From Raillietiella orientalis (Eukaryota): 64,000 nt of DNA. The stretch is from NCBI GenBank assembly GCA_036172245.1, contig JAYWIR010000005.1, forward strand, positions 3,720,001-3,784,000, written 5' to 3'. Both the position numbers and the translations under genes were made by a program. Positions within the stretch are counted from its first letter, which is position 1; each line of letters opens with the position of its first letter. Positions 27,510 to 42,307 of this stretch are shown here, piece by piece. The notes below the pieces were generated by a model that had not been told where the DNA came from, did no database searches, and saw only the letters and a list, made by a program, of their open reading frames with translations.

Positions 27510-30500
27510 ATGACTCTCGTCATCGCCAAAATGATTTTTGAACTCTTTGTGCTGATCCTGGTGAAAAATGGGCTCTCTGAAATAGTTGGTAGGTAGAAGT
27601 TTATTCCCTCCAAGGGAATCAGCGGCGGTGTCTCGAGAGAATGCGTGCGGCAGCTTCTCATGCGTAAAGCCATTGCGTGTGTGTGATCGCTACGCAACGT
27701 GTACAAGGATCGTTTTGGTTATGCAATGTACTGCGCATGTACATGTCAGGCGTATTTTTTGTTTTTTTGTTTTTTTTTTTTAAAGAAAAACAAAAAAAAA
27801 CGAACCAAAAATTCGCACTCATCCGAACCGTGATAAGGAAAGTTGACAACAAGGACGTTGTGTCATATTTGTCTGTACATCTCCTTTTTACCAAGTTGAA
27901 ATATCCACCATTTCAAGATTGACCTGTTTATTTGGAAAATCTCGATTGCATGTCTGAACCAGGTGAAAATGTTGTCGGAACTCTGTGAATCCCAGCTCGG
28001 AGTCTCTCCCTACAAGGAATGAGTTCTGAAGTCAAAGAGTGATCTTCGAAACGCCTTGGAAAAAGGATGGTTTTTGCCAGCTTGAAAAGTAAGATCGTCT
28101 TGGGGGTGAAATTTATTTCAGCCCCGCTATTTGGGAAGCAAATGAACATCAGTACAAATGAAAGTATCTCCGTATTTCATTTGGAATAATAATTTTTCCA
28201 GTCCAGCCACTGGATTGCTTTGTTAGGCATTAAAAGCAACGTGTGTTTTCATCCACTAATGAAAGTAAAAAACAGTAACAGGAACTTCCGACAAACTTTT
28301 TTACGTGTGCGGGTCATTAGTTCCGGATATTGCCCCCGCGATGACCTCCTTTCACTTCGTTTTGCAATAGCCCTTAAAAATTCGAAGTAATACATATGTT
28401 TATTCATGCTGTTTCACGGCATAAGCGTCTTCAGATACATGTATACACCCATGAGTCGTATGCGTACGTACACATGTATATGCTGATGAGCCTTCTTTAA
28501 ATCAAATCCGCGTGACGTCATCGATCCGTGTGCTACCTGCGAATGGTCCTTGCCCGAGATGAAATTTTGCTAGTAGTGGTTGAAAAATCTACCGAAATTT
28601 GGTAGGGTTGACCATCGGGGCATTGGTGAGTTGAAGCTCCTCGCAGATGGCACCTCGAAATATGCCCAGCAGGGAATTTGAAAAGAGCGCAAGAGGGTGG
28701 CGGCGGTTCGTGAGGGCAACCTTTTGGAGGAGATGAGAAAACGCAGTGGTTTCCATGTTACATCCGCACAAAAACAAAGCGACTGACCATTCTGAGATCA
28801 TTGGAAAATCGAATCATTCTCTCGTTTTTAGCTGGCTTTGCTTGCGAGTCACGTAAGGGTATCTCGTGGTGTGATCAAAACCGTGGTCTCGTGCAGATGT
28901 TATCCAAGTCCTCCTGTAGGCTTCTAAGCATTTCGACCGCGATTTTTTTTTTGTTTTTTTTTTTTAAGCTTTTGTCCTCTGGGCTTATAATTATATGCCA
29001 AGGCTTTTTCTCACTCCAGGAGCTGTTAACTTTTCTCGTCGTTTGTCTCACTTGATGCCCGAGGCTTTTCTTGTTCGGGATGATTTTCGTTAGAAACGGT
29101 TAGTCCTGAGAGTTGCGTAACGGTACATAAAATACATCATCGCCGCTATCAGGAAGACGAGCGAGGATGGACAGGGACCGCATCCGCTTCCGCTTCCATG
29201 AAATCGGCGCCGAGCAGGGACGGACATCGAAGGGAAACGACAGCTAGGGGAACTGCATGTCTAGTGGATCCTGTGGGACGCAGTTTGGAAGGAAAAAGAA
29301 ATCTCAACTTATCATCGGCAGTATGCAAATTTGGGAATATATATATCTCGCTATTCCGTCATTCCATCACATCTATCCGGTCACCGTGCATCCATTTTCG
29401 GTCCAGATCTGTTAATCGGCAGAATCAAGTATCCCATATTGTTTTTTCGTTTAATGAGGAGAAAGTTTTGGATCTTTAAGAATGCACTGTCATGATGGTG
29501 GCAGCAGTGTCCTTGTGTATTCGCAAAGGAAAAGCTGTACAAAACATACGAGGGCACTGTAAACTTTTTTGTTTTTTGGATTCGAGAGGTCTCCTCGTAA
29601 CGGGAAAGTCATTAGCTGTACTTTTGTAGGTTGAGAAGATAAGTTTGGAAAGCACGTGCGATGATCATATTTGCTGCCAACTCATCATTTTTATCGGCTC
29701 TGTGTTGAATTTTTCAGTATGCAAAACATCCCGCCCCCCCTTCCCCTTCCAAGGCAACACCGTAGATGCAAACCTGGAAAGAGGACAACATCGAGTCCAG
29801 AAATGTGCACCACACGTTGGTCTGCATTTTCGGCTTCGCCCTGCTGCCACCTTTGGAACGGGAAATCCCAAATGGCCATTTCCTTTGACAGAAAGTTGAA
29901 AATGATTTGCTCCTGGTTAAACACGCATTCCACTTGCAATCCCCGTTTCCGTCGGTGTTCTGCATTTCTGTCTCTGGGAATTCTTCCCTTTGTTTGTGGT
30001 GGTAGTCTTCGGTTACATACCAGCTTTTCGAATACAGTGGACATTGAAAAGGAAAAGAAAGGAGGGTCATTCCGATGCACATGATCGTTTTCCTTTGTCC
30101 TAATTATTCAAAACTCGTGATTCTGGTCGCGGTGCTGCCGGGAATCTTGAAGTTCGGCGAAACGTCAGAACATAACGGCACATCTGAATCCGTTTCGAAA
30201 GTCGATGAGGAACGGCCAAGAACTTACTTTCATCCTTAACTACGGGATTTCATGTGCACCCTTTGCCTGCGCATAGGTCTGATTCTCACAGCAGAATGTA
30301 CACAAATATCCATGCAACAGAAGTGCATACAGTGTTTCAACAAAACGATGATTTTCTGCTACTGCTCAGTAATACGTTCCCATGTGGAAATGCAAGTGCA
30401 CAGAACGGTGTAAGCATTCTGGATGAGTGATGATGCTTGCTTAGCCTGTAGGGTATGCAACCAGTCCATAGACGTCAGCTGACGAGGCACACCGTCGCCA

Positions 30501-33500
30501 GGATATGTCATTCTTTCAGCTATTAGTAGAATCGATTTAAGAATCCAATCAATCCCGTGTTCCATCTTTGCGTTTTCTTGTGTTTTCGTCCCTGTCCACT
30601 GCACTGCTTCCCGAATGAAAGCATGCTGTTAATCAAGTGTTCATTTAGACTAAAGCAGGCATTGCCTATCAGCATAATCAGTGGATGCTTATGATGACAG
30701 CGAGAGAAAGCTCTCGCATGGTTTAGAGGCATACTGGTAGTGACAGGGGAAAAAAAGGCAAGAAACCTTCGATGAGTTGGTGTATCTCTAAAGAAATAAA
30801 TCCTGATGGCAACACGGTCAGGATCGTTTTTTTATGGAAGCAAATGTACAGTGTTTGAATAGATCTTTGAAAACGTCCACCAACTACAAAATGGAGGAAG
30901 CAGTTTTTTTTTTTTGGCAAAGTCCAAAACGATAAACGAAACGCATAGGTCAAGTTTAATACGTTTTCTGATAACCGTGCATGATTATTGGCACCCCTGA
31001 AGACCTGTAAAATTTGTGACATAAACTGAGCAGCAGATGTTATGCTTATATATATATATATAATGTACTTTTAGAATAGTCACACATAGTGCTTTGCTTA
31101 GCATTTTTAAGCAAATGTCAGCATAAGATAATGAAATTCTAGGATTCCAAGTTAGAATTACAGAAAACTCCTGAACTGGTGAATCTGGCTGTTTGCAAAT
31201 GTTTTCAGAGAGCACCAGCTCGGGCTGGTTACCATGGCACAAATAACGAGATTGACGATTATAAACAATCAGCCGGATTAGCAGCAGGATCCGAAGATTG
31301 AAATCCAAGTTGATAGCAGCAATCCGTGGAACATCAAATCAGACTTTCCCTGTTTCTCCGATCTTCAAAAGTAGTGAAATGACGCATCCGCCATTTGGCC
31401 GCTTTGTTTCTTAGTCACACTGGCCTATTAAAGTTTGAAGAATTAAAGGATAAAGTTAAGGAAATCGCATGTGATGCTTTGAGAACACGCTTCGCAAGTG
31501 GCCTAGAGTATTTTTTATTATTATTATTATTATGAGGTAATGTGCAGTTAAATACATGCGTCAGATTATTATGCAGATAGGAAGAAGCGATTACGTAGTA
31601 TTAAGTAGAAAATACGAAAGCTTGAATTTTTTTTGTAATTAAACTGTGAAACAGCTCTATGATGAAACTGCAGTTTCAGGCAAACAAGAGGGCACTTTTC
31701 CTGAAGTACTTCAGAATCGGTTTCACGTCCGAGAAGTGAATCTGATAGGATCCTTCAAAACTTCGGATTTCGGCCCCAAATCAGATCAGGTCGTTATATC
31801 GAAACGCTCTGTACCGAACGGTGGTCAAAACGTGCTGTTTTCACAACCCGACTTGTTTGCCCCTTCAAGTGCCCATAGTCTGGAGCCTGAAGTGATCGAA
31901 TCAAAACCTGAATCTACCTCCGTAACCAACAGCACTCCAGCATTCTATGAAGAAAACATCAGTAGTTCCAACCGAAAAGGAAGAAGCGATGCTGATGCAA
32001 TTATATCTAACATAGTTAAACTTCTAGGAGCGAACGTCAAGTTAACAGGTGCCACCCGCACTACTACCTCATCACCTGTTCGTTCATCAGTGATTCCCAC
32101 CCAGACTAATAATCGAGGTCCACTTTCCCCGTTGGAGCCTTCTCATTTTCCAGAACCGCCTCACGATACATTAGCAACTTTTCTGCCTCCGGGACTCGTA
32201 AATAACCCCAATCGTCCAATAGAACATCCTCTGCCGATACCCATTCCTCGTCCTCGTCCTCCTCCTCCTCCTCCTCCAGTGCAATATCACGGACATGTAC
32301 GCTTCCCAGATGAAAAAAACCCTATTAGAGATTATGTGGAACCATCTTTCCATGAGAATCTTCATTTTGTGTTTCCTACAGCCATTCCATTACCAGTCCC
32401 TTTGATACCAGACCCATTCACAGCTAGTTATGGAAACAGTGGGAATTTGCATCCTCTAGCCGACGTGTTTTTAGACCAAGCTTTCCTCAATTCGTTATCG
32501 ACTACTGGAGACGATTTTACCATTTACAACGCATCCTCATCGGAAGGATCAGCACCTTCTGATTCCATTCGAACCCTCAAAGTTTCGCGGCTTTCGGTGA
32601 CGCGCGAAAATCCTGCTCTGGAAACAGCTGCCAGTATCAATCAGCATGATTTCGTTGCGCAGGCCTCTACCTCAGATCTCTTGCAAAAGCCCTCCTCGGC
32701 CAACTACATAAATGACACCTCTGTGGACCTCTTTGTCCCCGATTCTAATAGTGAGACGACTGTTGCGACAGACTCGACATTCCCTCATAGTGCATTTGGT
32801 GATGAAAATTCTCCATCAGAAACAGTTTTGCAATCCGCAAGTCTTTCCCTGTCCGGCTCTGCGTCATTGAGGCCGTCAATTGTCTTGAAACCAAATGGTA
32901 TTCAATCCTATAGCGAAGCAATCCAGGAGTCCAGTATAGCGAGTTTTCCTCAAGACGTAATAACAAACGTGTTGCACTCTAGCACGCATGTGTTTGGTCA
33001 GACTCCGATCATCAAACCCACTACTTCTGTTTCGAGAACATCAGCAAGTCCTTCATCGGAACATCCTTTCATTACGGGTCAAGTGTTCATCGCCGATGCA
33101 TATCCGTTCGACGATGTGTTTGATGTCACTGTCAAAGCTCATCACGGATTCGGAGAAGCCGCGGAGCCTGCCGCAGAAGAAGGATACCAGCAAAAGCAAC
33201 CAATCATCACGTCACCTATTTCGGAAGATCAGTACGTGTACATCGACGGGCAGAAAACGTACATTCAGCTGACGCCTGCTGACTACAACTCCGTCAAGCA
33301 AACGGTCGGAGCGGACTTTATATCCAAGAGCGCCAGCGAGATCAGTGCAACGAGCACAGTAGTGAGTCCGCAAAGGCACCATCCCATTAAAAAAGTGACG
33401 CAGGCTCCAATCATACGCGCCCCTCCCAAGACAACAACACCCTTTCATGTCAAGCAGAACGGGCCCATAGTCAGGTAAGCTGGAATTCTCGGTGGCCGTC

Positions 33501-35005
33501 CTCGTCGTCACGTTTGCCTTCTTCCCGAAGAATCGACACTTGCCTCGTCGGACAAGACTCGTCGTGCGACGTGTCCAACAACGAGATCTGCCGAACGGAA
33601 GAAGGCATATCCGCCTGCTCTTGCAGACCCGGATACGCCCACTTTCCCCAGCGCAAGCGTTGTGAAAGTGAGTGCGCCGAGCCCCCGGTCCTCACGTGTC
33701 CGCTTGTACCCTAGAGGTGTCCACTTTGATCGCGAACGTCCCGATGAGCCGTCTGGACGAAGAGGACCTACCGTGGCAGCCCGAATTCAACGACCCTTCG
33801 TCGCTCCCGTATAGGCGGTTGCAGTGGCAGTCGCAAAAGATTGTGAGTTTTCGCCACCGGCAGGCACCGCGCAACACTCTGCTCCAGCTGGACAGGTGCT
33901 TCGCCCTCACTTCGATGTCGGATTCGTATTACGGCAGTGTTCTGAACGACGTTCGCCAGCATCCCGGGGGTCTCCTCTTGAACACCACGATCCGCATCCA
34001 GTCCGAGAAAAAAAAGGATCTTCTTTTCAAGGAACTGTCCCAAGAGCTCGTGAGAGTGTTGCGCGAGACGGACCGCATCATTCCCGGAACTCAGAAGGTC
34101 GATATCACAGGTGAGCCTCCAGTTGTACAGCACCACCCGGACGCTTCGTGACGGATAGATTTTGACGAGTGCGTCGATGAGGAAAGCAACGACTGCGATG
34201 TGCATGCGATGTGCTACAACACCGTGGGATCATTCGTGTGCCAGTGCCTTCCCGGTTACGTCGACGTTATGCACGTTGCTCCGGGGCGCCGCTGCCGACC
34301 TTGCCAGGAGGATTTCTGCCACCACAAAGGCGAATGTCAGGTCAAGGATGGAAAGCAGGTGTGCACGTGAGTGATCCCACTGCCGCTGTCCTCCCGGAGT
34401 GGAACGCTTCGTGCCCGTTAGTTGCCGCGAAGGATATTCGGGATCTCGCTGCGAGATAGACAATCAGATCCTCTCGGTCTCGCTAGGAGCATCCCTTGCT
34501 GCCGTCCTGGTCATAGCCGTCACACTTACTCTTCTGTGTATTTGGAGGTACTTGACGTTTTGTTCGTGCCTTCTTGAGATTATTTTGGAAATGTCCACAG
34601 CCGGCGCTGGCAGAGAGCTCAGGAAAAAGCTGTGCTTTCCCACACAGCCGCCGGGTTTACGTTCTTGAGCAAGGCCAACCTCGGAAGCTATCTGGAACGA
34701 TTACGATGGGGGCAGCCTGAGATGTCTGTGGTACGTTGGAATGTTTTGAAGGCTCGAAAATTTTGCCGTTTTAGATGGAAGCTTCGACAATCCCATGTGG
34801 CTTACCTGCTTGCCGTACCTCCGTGCCCATGATGGACGTTTGCGAAGACGATGACCAGAAACTTCTTCATGGAAACTCGATGGGACCACTGATGCTGCGG
34901 AGTAAAGCCTATAGCAGTGCTGTTTCCAACCTTTACTACGATGGGCAAGTACCCATCCCAATGGCCACGTATACCAATGGACATCGACCAATGTACTTCA
35001 GCTAA
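27510..35005 (+). CDS. pwn: Pawn-like single-pass membrane protein (signal peptide, Ser/Thr/Pro-rich stalk, EGF, SEA, Ca-binding EGF, EGF, TM, cytoplasmic tail)
   Basis: Large exon 31680-33474, then exons from 33531 encoding RIDTCLVGQDSSCDVSNNEICRTEEGISACSCRPGY (pawn-like EGF), an SEA domain, DFDECVDEESNDC..CYNTVGSFVCQC, and TM LGASLAAVLVIAVTLTLLCIW. Stop at 35005, AATAAA at ~35176. The first exon 27510-27588 is inferred. Confidence 0.8.
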
Positions 35006-38000
35006 CGATCTTCCGTCTTACACTTGAGGATCACCCATTGAACATTATCAATCAATCCAGTTGAGCAGATGCTCCATTGGAAGGAAGCTAGCCCTCGGAA
35101 CTGGTCACTTTTTTTGTCCCACTCCCTCAGAAGTAGTAACTAAGCTCAGTCGCGGAGTTTCCCTTGCGAATATTCAATAAAAGTGGGCGCGTTTACCGCT
35201 GTACGTGTTTTCGTCTCCGACGTGTACGTATGTGTGTTTGTGTTCCGAAACTGGGAATCTCAAGTCTCCTGAATGTAGAGAGGAATCGGCAGCGCGGGCA
35301 TTCTATATTGGGTAGTGCCGACCGACAGCAAGAGGCCCAACGAAACTTGAGAGGCCACCATTTTTAATGTGGTAACAAACGGACCACCGCAGTTGTGGCC
35401 ACTCCGCGTCACGCTGGCACGGTCGAATAGCAGGGCTACCCGCTATCTTCCGGAGTGCTCCCGACGTGGTTGATGGGAAGGTCCTCAAGCAAGGAATCTT
35501 CCAGCAAATCCAACCAGCGAATTCAGAGCCTGGATGATGCCAAGGTCCGGATCATCCTTCACACGGAAGCAGGACGTGCACATCCAGGCTGCGTTTTAGG
35601 TTAGGGAAATTGTCCCCACACACGCCTGTCTGACGCAACAGGTTATGAATGTGCGGAATTCCCGCCTAGAATCTGGTACGAGAGACGGCCCCCCCCAAAA
35701 CGACGACGCCCATCACAACTGAATTCGAACCGACCTCTTTCGTAAGATTTACTGATGGGATCCCATCCCATCAAGAGAAATTGTGAAATTAGAAAAACAA
35801 AAGAAGGGGAAGTGCAAGAAAACAGCAGTAAGCCGAAAACCTCCCTTAAGGGGTTCAAGACGAGAGAAAATGGGTCATTACAGTGAGTAGTGGCATGCTA
35901 ATTTGAAAAACAGGAACTTTAGGGCGTACTCCCGGGGTGCTCAGGAGTAAGAAGAACACAAACGGTAAGATGGCTCGATAATGATTTCGCAAGGAACAGA
36001 TCCCAGACGTCTTCCAAAGCATCCCGTAAGCTTGCTTGTTCAGACAAGCTTGGCGTTCCAGAGAAAGTCGTTCGAAGCAACTTGTGACACACTGATGGAA
36101 CCACCACATCACAGTGTCATAAGAAAGCGAAGAAGAAGAAGAAAACACTGGATTTTGCCTGATTTTGAGCATTGCTTGGAGAGTGCCGAAGAAAGCCGAA
36201 AGTTCCGGATGCGTGTCCAGATAAAAACTATGCATTCGTGATGGAAAGGAAACATAGTGCAGAAACGCATGAATAGGACGGGGGGCAAAAATCATAATTA
36301 GATTATCTTTGTCGGAAATAGAATAACGGTCCAGAAAATGGGTAAAAAAAATTGCGATCCACGGCTCCAGCCTTTAGGGTTGCCGTTTGAGGTTTCCGAT
36401 GTCTCTTAGGTTCTCTTGCAATGCTATTCTTGCTGATTTTCTGGCGCACAGTAATCGTTCTAAAGTCCGTGATGGCGCCATGAGGTCTTAGAAGACACGT
36501 GAAAATTCCAGCATCCCTTTTTGATCTTGGGTTTCCTTTTCACCGAGGTCAAAATGTATTCTTGAATTGTGTTGGAAAGCGATTCAGTGAGTGCATGCAG
36601 GATGTTTTTAATGTAATCCATTATCTCCACTGCCCATTAAGATAATCACCGCCTTTGCCATTATCTCGCTGTGAAACACGATAGATTTTAATGTTTCGAG
36701 CGTGCGTTGCTCTTTTCGGTCACTGAAAATCGCAGTCTTTCAAGTGTTTTAAAGTACCAAGTTTGCATGTATGACGGCTTCGTACTTTAGATTTTCACGA
36801 TACTGAACGTGAATGTTCACAGCATAATGCGTGATAAGTTGTGACGACTTATCGACGAATTGCATCAGCAATTCAACAATAAATGCAAGACAGCAATTTT
36901 GCAGGTTTCTCCATTTGTTGCATCTGCGAAAATTTGCTCCATGCTGCTGCCGCCGGGAAGATCCGGTCAAGTTATCTTTAATTTCCGAGATGCCAAACTG
37001 GTTGAAGTCCCTAACAACTTGCATTTGATTTGTGCTCTTTGTGACGTTTGTGCAGCTGCATCCATAATTTTCCGTGTTTCCTCACTCTCCATCTTCAAAA
37101 GTGTTTCCTGTCTTCCTCGAGCTGAGTTTTCAAAAGGAAATTTCAAAGTTTAAAATCTCGTTTGGACCTTTCCTCCCTGCGTATTCGAATCTGCTACCTG
37201 AAGTCAGTTTGTGATGGCTGAAATCGTGGTAAACGACAGTCCTTTTCTGTGTGCCTATAAGGACGAATTTTCAGTGACATCTGCAGCATCCAGAAGTCTG
37301 GAGGGTCTCGCGCTTAGAAGCCGGATGCACGTCACACCAAAGACTTTGCAATAAATAGTTACATGCAAACTGGAACTTGGTGTGCAGATATAGAACTGAG
37401 AACACCCTTCTCACGTTTCCTGTTGGTTTCCAAAGTTACCAACTTTCAGGTTTTCCACTTTTCTGGAACCAATCCTTTCTCGTGGGCACTAAGCACTTTT
37501 ACCCTGCGCATAAAGCACCTCCCCCCAATCAACTCTGGATTTAAATATTGAAAAGCTTTTGATTATAACTTCATATACAATAAGGCATATACAATAAGGC
37601 CACTGAGTTTGCATCTTTGGTATCGATCCAATGCAAATATCTCATATGTGTTTTCTTTATTCAGAACTGCTACTTATCTCTATGCTGCGGTTTCCCCCCC
37701 GAACACGGAAAGGTGCAGACACCGATCTTCGATTTCCAAGGGAACTGTGTGATTTTCATGTTTCAACATATAAAAAAAAAGAAACAGGCAGTTTTCAAAA
37801 ATGGAAATAATCTCGCAAAGGAACTCGAGCGAAACCGATTCATTTTTCCACTGCAAATGCAAATGAGCTGACTACCATTTCTGACCTGTACACATCCTGA
37901 AAATCTGCTTGTAAGCACTGCGTATAATCCACATTTTGAATGATTTGTAAGAACGTGTGCAAAGCACCGTGGTCCATAGTGGGAGCAAGACGAAATTTTG

Positions 38001-39263
38001 TCATCATTCAACCAAAGAAGCGTCTCAGATCTCTACATCGAAAGAAGATCAAGGATGGTTTGGTGCTGTCCATTATCTGATGCTAGTGAATCTGTGACGT
38101 CTTTCCATAAGGATTACGTGTAAAGCCGTGCATTTCTACAAAGAAGGACATCAATAAAATAATCAGTAATGTCCGTTTAAAGTTAACATACAAATCCTAA
38201 ATTCTTCCTTCTTTGATATCTTTCAAGGATAGATTTGCGGTAGGATTTCAACATCGAAAAGACCTGGTTCCTAGTCGCGTGTTAAAAAAGCTCCAAGGAT
38301 CATCTGTGGAGGACCTTCGGAAACCGACGAGCCTCAGTAGACGAAGCCGTACAGATTGGAAAATGCATCTACAAAGATGATGCAACATCAGATCTCTGAA
38401 TGAAACACTGGCGACTTTCAGTACAATAACAGAATATCACTTTGCTGTGGTGTTCAAAACAGAACGTTCAGACCGTTAATTTCTGAATGATGGAACGGAC
38501 GTACTTTACTGGAAAGAGCCTCCACATAATGCAAAGGCGAAGAAAACTGTGCTCCAACTCGTTTTTCAAACAAAACACTATACAGGCTTTGGTATATTCA
38601 ATCAGTACTTATTCAGGGTGCCATGAATGCCTTTCCTGCAGCACATTTTTACATACCAGGTACATAATGATCCGAAAACACTACTGACATGACACCAGAA
38701 TGTCGTTTTTTTTTTGGTTTGCTTTATGCTGCACGAAAGGAACTTATAAATTTACCGTTTGATGATGAATTTTGTGGTCGAGCTAACGTATGCAATTTTT
38801 CAATATTTATTTTAAAAGGCTCACTCCGATAGCAGTCTGAGACGGCTGTTCCTGATGACCTGTGAAGATGATAATTTTCGGGTATCCAACTGTATTGAAT
38901 GCACTAGAAGTCAAACTAGTGTACATGCTTCGGCTATGTACAGCCGAGGCTAGATACTAAAATTAGTGTGCTGGCTTATGGCATTTCTCGGGCCCCATAG
39001 TTGTGCGTACGAATGCTCTCGTATTTGTTGTGTACGTGTAAACAGAAAAAATCTTCAGTCCATGGTGGCCATGGTATAAGTAGCATATAGCATTTTCTGC
39101 ACATTAAACTGGGGACTATTATTCATAATGCAGATGTGTATCAAAATACATTCTTGCTTACATGCTATGTTGCTTATAAAATTTATTTGAATTATCCGTA
39201 GTGGTGATACTTAGGAAATGATTCTTATAGTTCTTCCACGGTTGGCATAATCGTTGTTCGGAA

Positions 39264-42195
39264 ATGGATGATAGTTCATGGGTAACGGCCACATGGAACC
39301 CAATTGGAGACAGTTTTTACAGGTAGTGATGGAAATGTTTATTTACTTAGCATATTTTGTAGGAAATTCGAGCTTTACAATATGGAAGAATGGGGAAATA
39401 TCATAGGATATACTCCATCGGTGATAGCTGCTGCATCATGGGGTGGCCTAATTGCTGTGATCAGAAATTTGCATGCTTTAACCAAACCTGACATTTTACT
39501 GTTTACATCTAGTGGAAGATATCAAGCTAGCATTAAAGTAATAATGATTATCAAAGTCACTTTAGCCCATTTGTACCTCTCCAGTGGTCTTCTGGACATC
39601 TGCTAGCTTTGGGATGGTCAAATAAGGAATGTTTGCTTTGCATCCAAGATGATGGCTGCATCTTGTTCTACGATCTTTTTGGAAGATTTCAACAATCTAC
39701 AAATATGGGTCAGGTAGAGTTACGGAATGTAGACTGGAATTGAATGCTATTTTATGACAGGAGGCAAGAGATCTCAAGCTATTAGAAGCAAGAGTATTTG
39801 TCGATGATTTGAGAACGGGAGTAGCCGCTTTGACATCTACTTTGAGATTTCTGGTGCTTACGAATGTTGAAGAGCCTCGCAGTGCCTTTCGTTTAGTGGA
39901 AGTTCCTGGTATGTGAAAAATTCCTGTATTCATTCTATTTATGAAAGGATTTGTTGTAGGACTGACCATTTGTCCAAAGTGGGAAATCTTGTCTCATAGG
40001 CATTCAACAAAAGTGCTCCTAGTTCACCATGATCAGCTACTCCTTGTAAATCAGACTGAAATTGTGTCCCCTACCAAAAATACAGATTTCAGTCGGGAAA
40101 GCATTGCCTTGCTCAGCTGTAGCAGAAATTTTCAGTGTTTAGCCATTTTATATACAAGTGGCAATTTATGGCTGGGTACTTCTGATTTTTCACAGGAATA
40201 TACTTGTGTACAAGTTTCACTAAAATCAACTTCACAAGTGATGATGGCATGGTGTACAACTGATGCAGTTGCATTGAGTTTAGGAGATCAACTCCATGTT
40301 ATTTCCTCTCAAGGAGATTCTCTGATGTATCCTTTTTTGCTATTTTCGCTGTTTAAAAAGGTCCCTAACTGTTTATAGATACACCTGTAATGTAATTTTA
40401 CAGTTGATACCAGAGATAGATGGAATCCGTGTACTCAGTTTGAAATCTCATGAATTCCTACAAAAAGTACCTGAAGCATGTGTAGATGTGTTTAGGATTG
40501 GATCCATGCATCCTGGAGCTATCTTATTAGAAGCATGCAAACAGGCTAATTTGAATAGCCACAAGACAGATGAATATTTGAGAACTATTGATGCACAACT
40601 ACCAGAAGCAATCACTCAATGTGTTCAGGCAGCAGGCCATGAATGGAGGCCTTCAGTGCAACATTTATTACTGCATTCTGCCTTTTTGGGACGGGGATTT
40701 GCTCCCCATTGGGATTCTGTTCCTTTCACAGAAATGGTATTGGCATTAAGAGTTTTGAATTGCATTCGTAGACCTGAGGTGGGACTTCCATTGACATTGC
40801 AGCAGTAAGTCTTGAAATAATTCGCATATGCTAGGATGTAACATTTAAATAGATGTCAAGAGATGACATATCCTGTGCTACTAGATCGATTAGTGAGGCA
40901 TCATCATTTTGAGTTAGCAGTACACATAGCAGATTACTTGAGAATCCCTAAAGAGAAAGGTTCAAGCAGCATATTAGTCAAATGGGCTTGCTATAAGGTG
41001 GGATGACAGGTCATTTGTTTTTTGCAAGTTGTTTGTAAGCAGATTAAGCAGTTGCAGACAGATGATGAACAGCTGGCTGATGAGATCTACATTAGACTTG
41101 GCCAAGCACCAGGAATTCATTACAGCCACATTGCCCACCAGGCCTTCAAAAAGAATTATTCTCAATTAGCATTGCATTTATTGGAATTTGAAAAATGTGC
41201 ATCTGAACAGATTCCACTCCTCTTGAAGTTGGGAGAATACAGTGCTGCCTTAGATAAGGCTGTAAACAGTGGAGACAGCAATTTGGTGTACATGGTATTG
41301 CTGTTTCTTCGAGAAAAAATGCAATTGTCAACAATTCAAATGGCTATACGAGCATTTCCTTTGGCTCAGACACTTCACTTGCAGCAGTTGCGACTTCAGG
41401 GTAGATGGGAGCTACTTTATGACATTTATGGACAAGAAGATGACTTTGAGCATCAGGCAGAATGCCGGCTGAGAGAAGCCTTCTCTACAACACAAATGGA
41501 TGCTCGATTGACTGCATTAGCTGAAGCTCGACAGTGTTATCAACAAGGGCATCATGATCTATGGGCAGCTCTTACAGAGGAGCAACTGCAATTATTACGG
41601 AGGCAGCTTGTTTTAGAAAAGCGGATTGGTTCTCCTTTGCGAGGGCTATCTGTGCACCAAACCCTGCACAAGCTTTTAGCAAAGGATGATTTGCAAGCAG
41701 CTGAAAAATTACAGCAAGACTTGAAAGTACCTGAGAAACACTGGTGGTGGTTGCGTATCCATACTTTGGCAGAATGTGCACAGTGGACAGAACTGGAGAA
41801 GCTATCTCATGGAAAGAAATCACCTATTGGTTTTGAGGTGAATAGATAAAAGAAAAAAAAAAAAGGCAAATCTCCAAAGGTAGTTTTCTTCAGCCATTTG
41901 TAGATGTCTGCCTGGAATTTGGTCACAGGAATGAAGCTAAGAAATACTTGACTCGTGTTCCCAACGTTAGCAGAGTGAAATATTTCGTTCATTTGGGGTC
42001 AGTGATACTATTGGTACTCAAAAATCTATATAGTTATGTTATAGCATGCTTGAGGAAGCAGCTGCACTCATTGCTGCTCAGAAAGATGATCAAGCTCTGC
42101 AGCATGTTGTAATTCGTTGTAGCCCACACTATCAAGAACTTCTGTCTAGGGTAACTGTTTTAAGAGCTTCTCGTCATCAGTACTCCAAAAAATGA
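39264..42195 (+). CDS. VPS16: Vacuolar protein sorting 16 (HOPS/CORVET subunit)
   Basis: TATWNPIGDSFYRKFELY, PEIDGIRV, VFRIGSMHPGAILLEA, CVQAAGHE, LRVLNCIR, KVPEKHWWWLRI, KKSPIGFEPF. Multi-exon with short GT-AG introns; TGA at 42193-42195. Confidence 0.96.
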
Positions 42196-42307
42196 ATGCA
42201 TATCATGTATATTGGCATAAATTTAGTGAGCATTACTGCTGACAATTTGCAGAATCCTCCAATTGCACTCACGACTAGAATACAGCCGTTTATCACTATG
42301 AATCAAA

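Noticed and set aside
36300..37070. Possible LTR-retrotransposon gag remnant
   Set aside because: No convincing motif, LTR or PBS.
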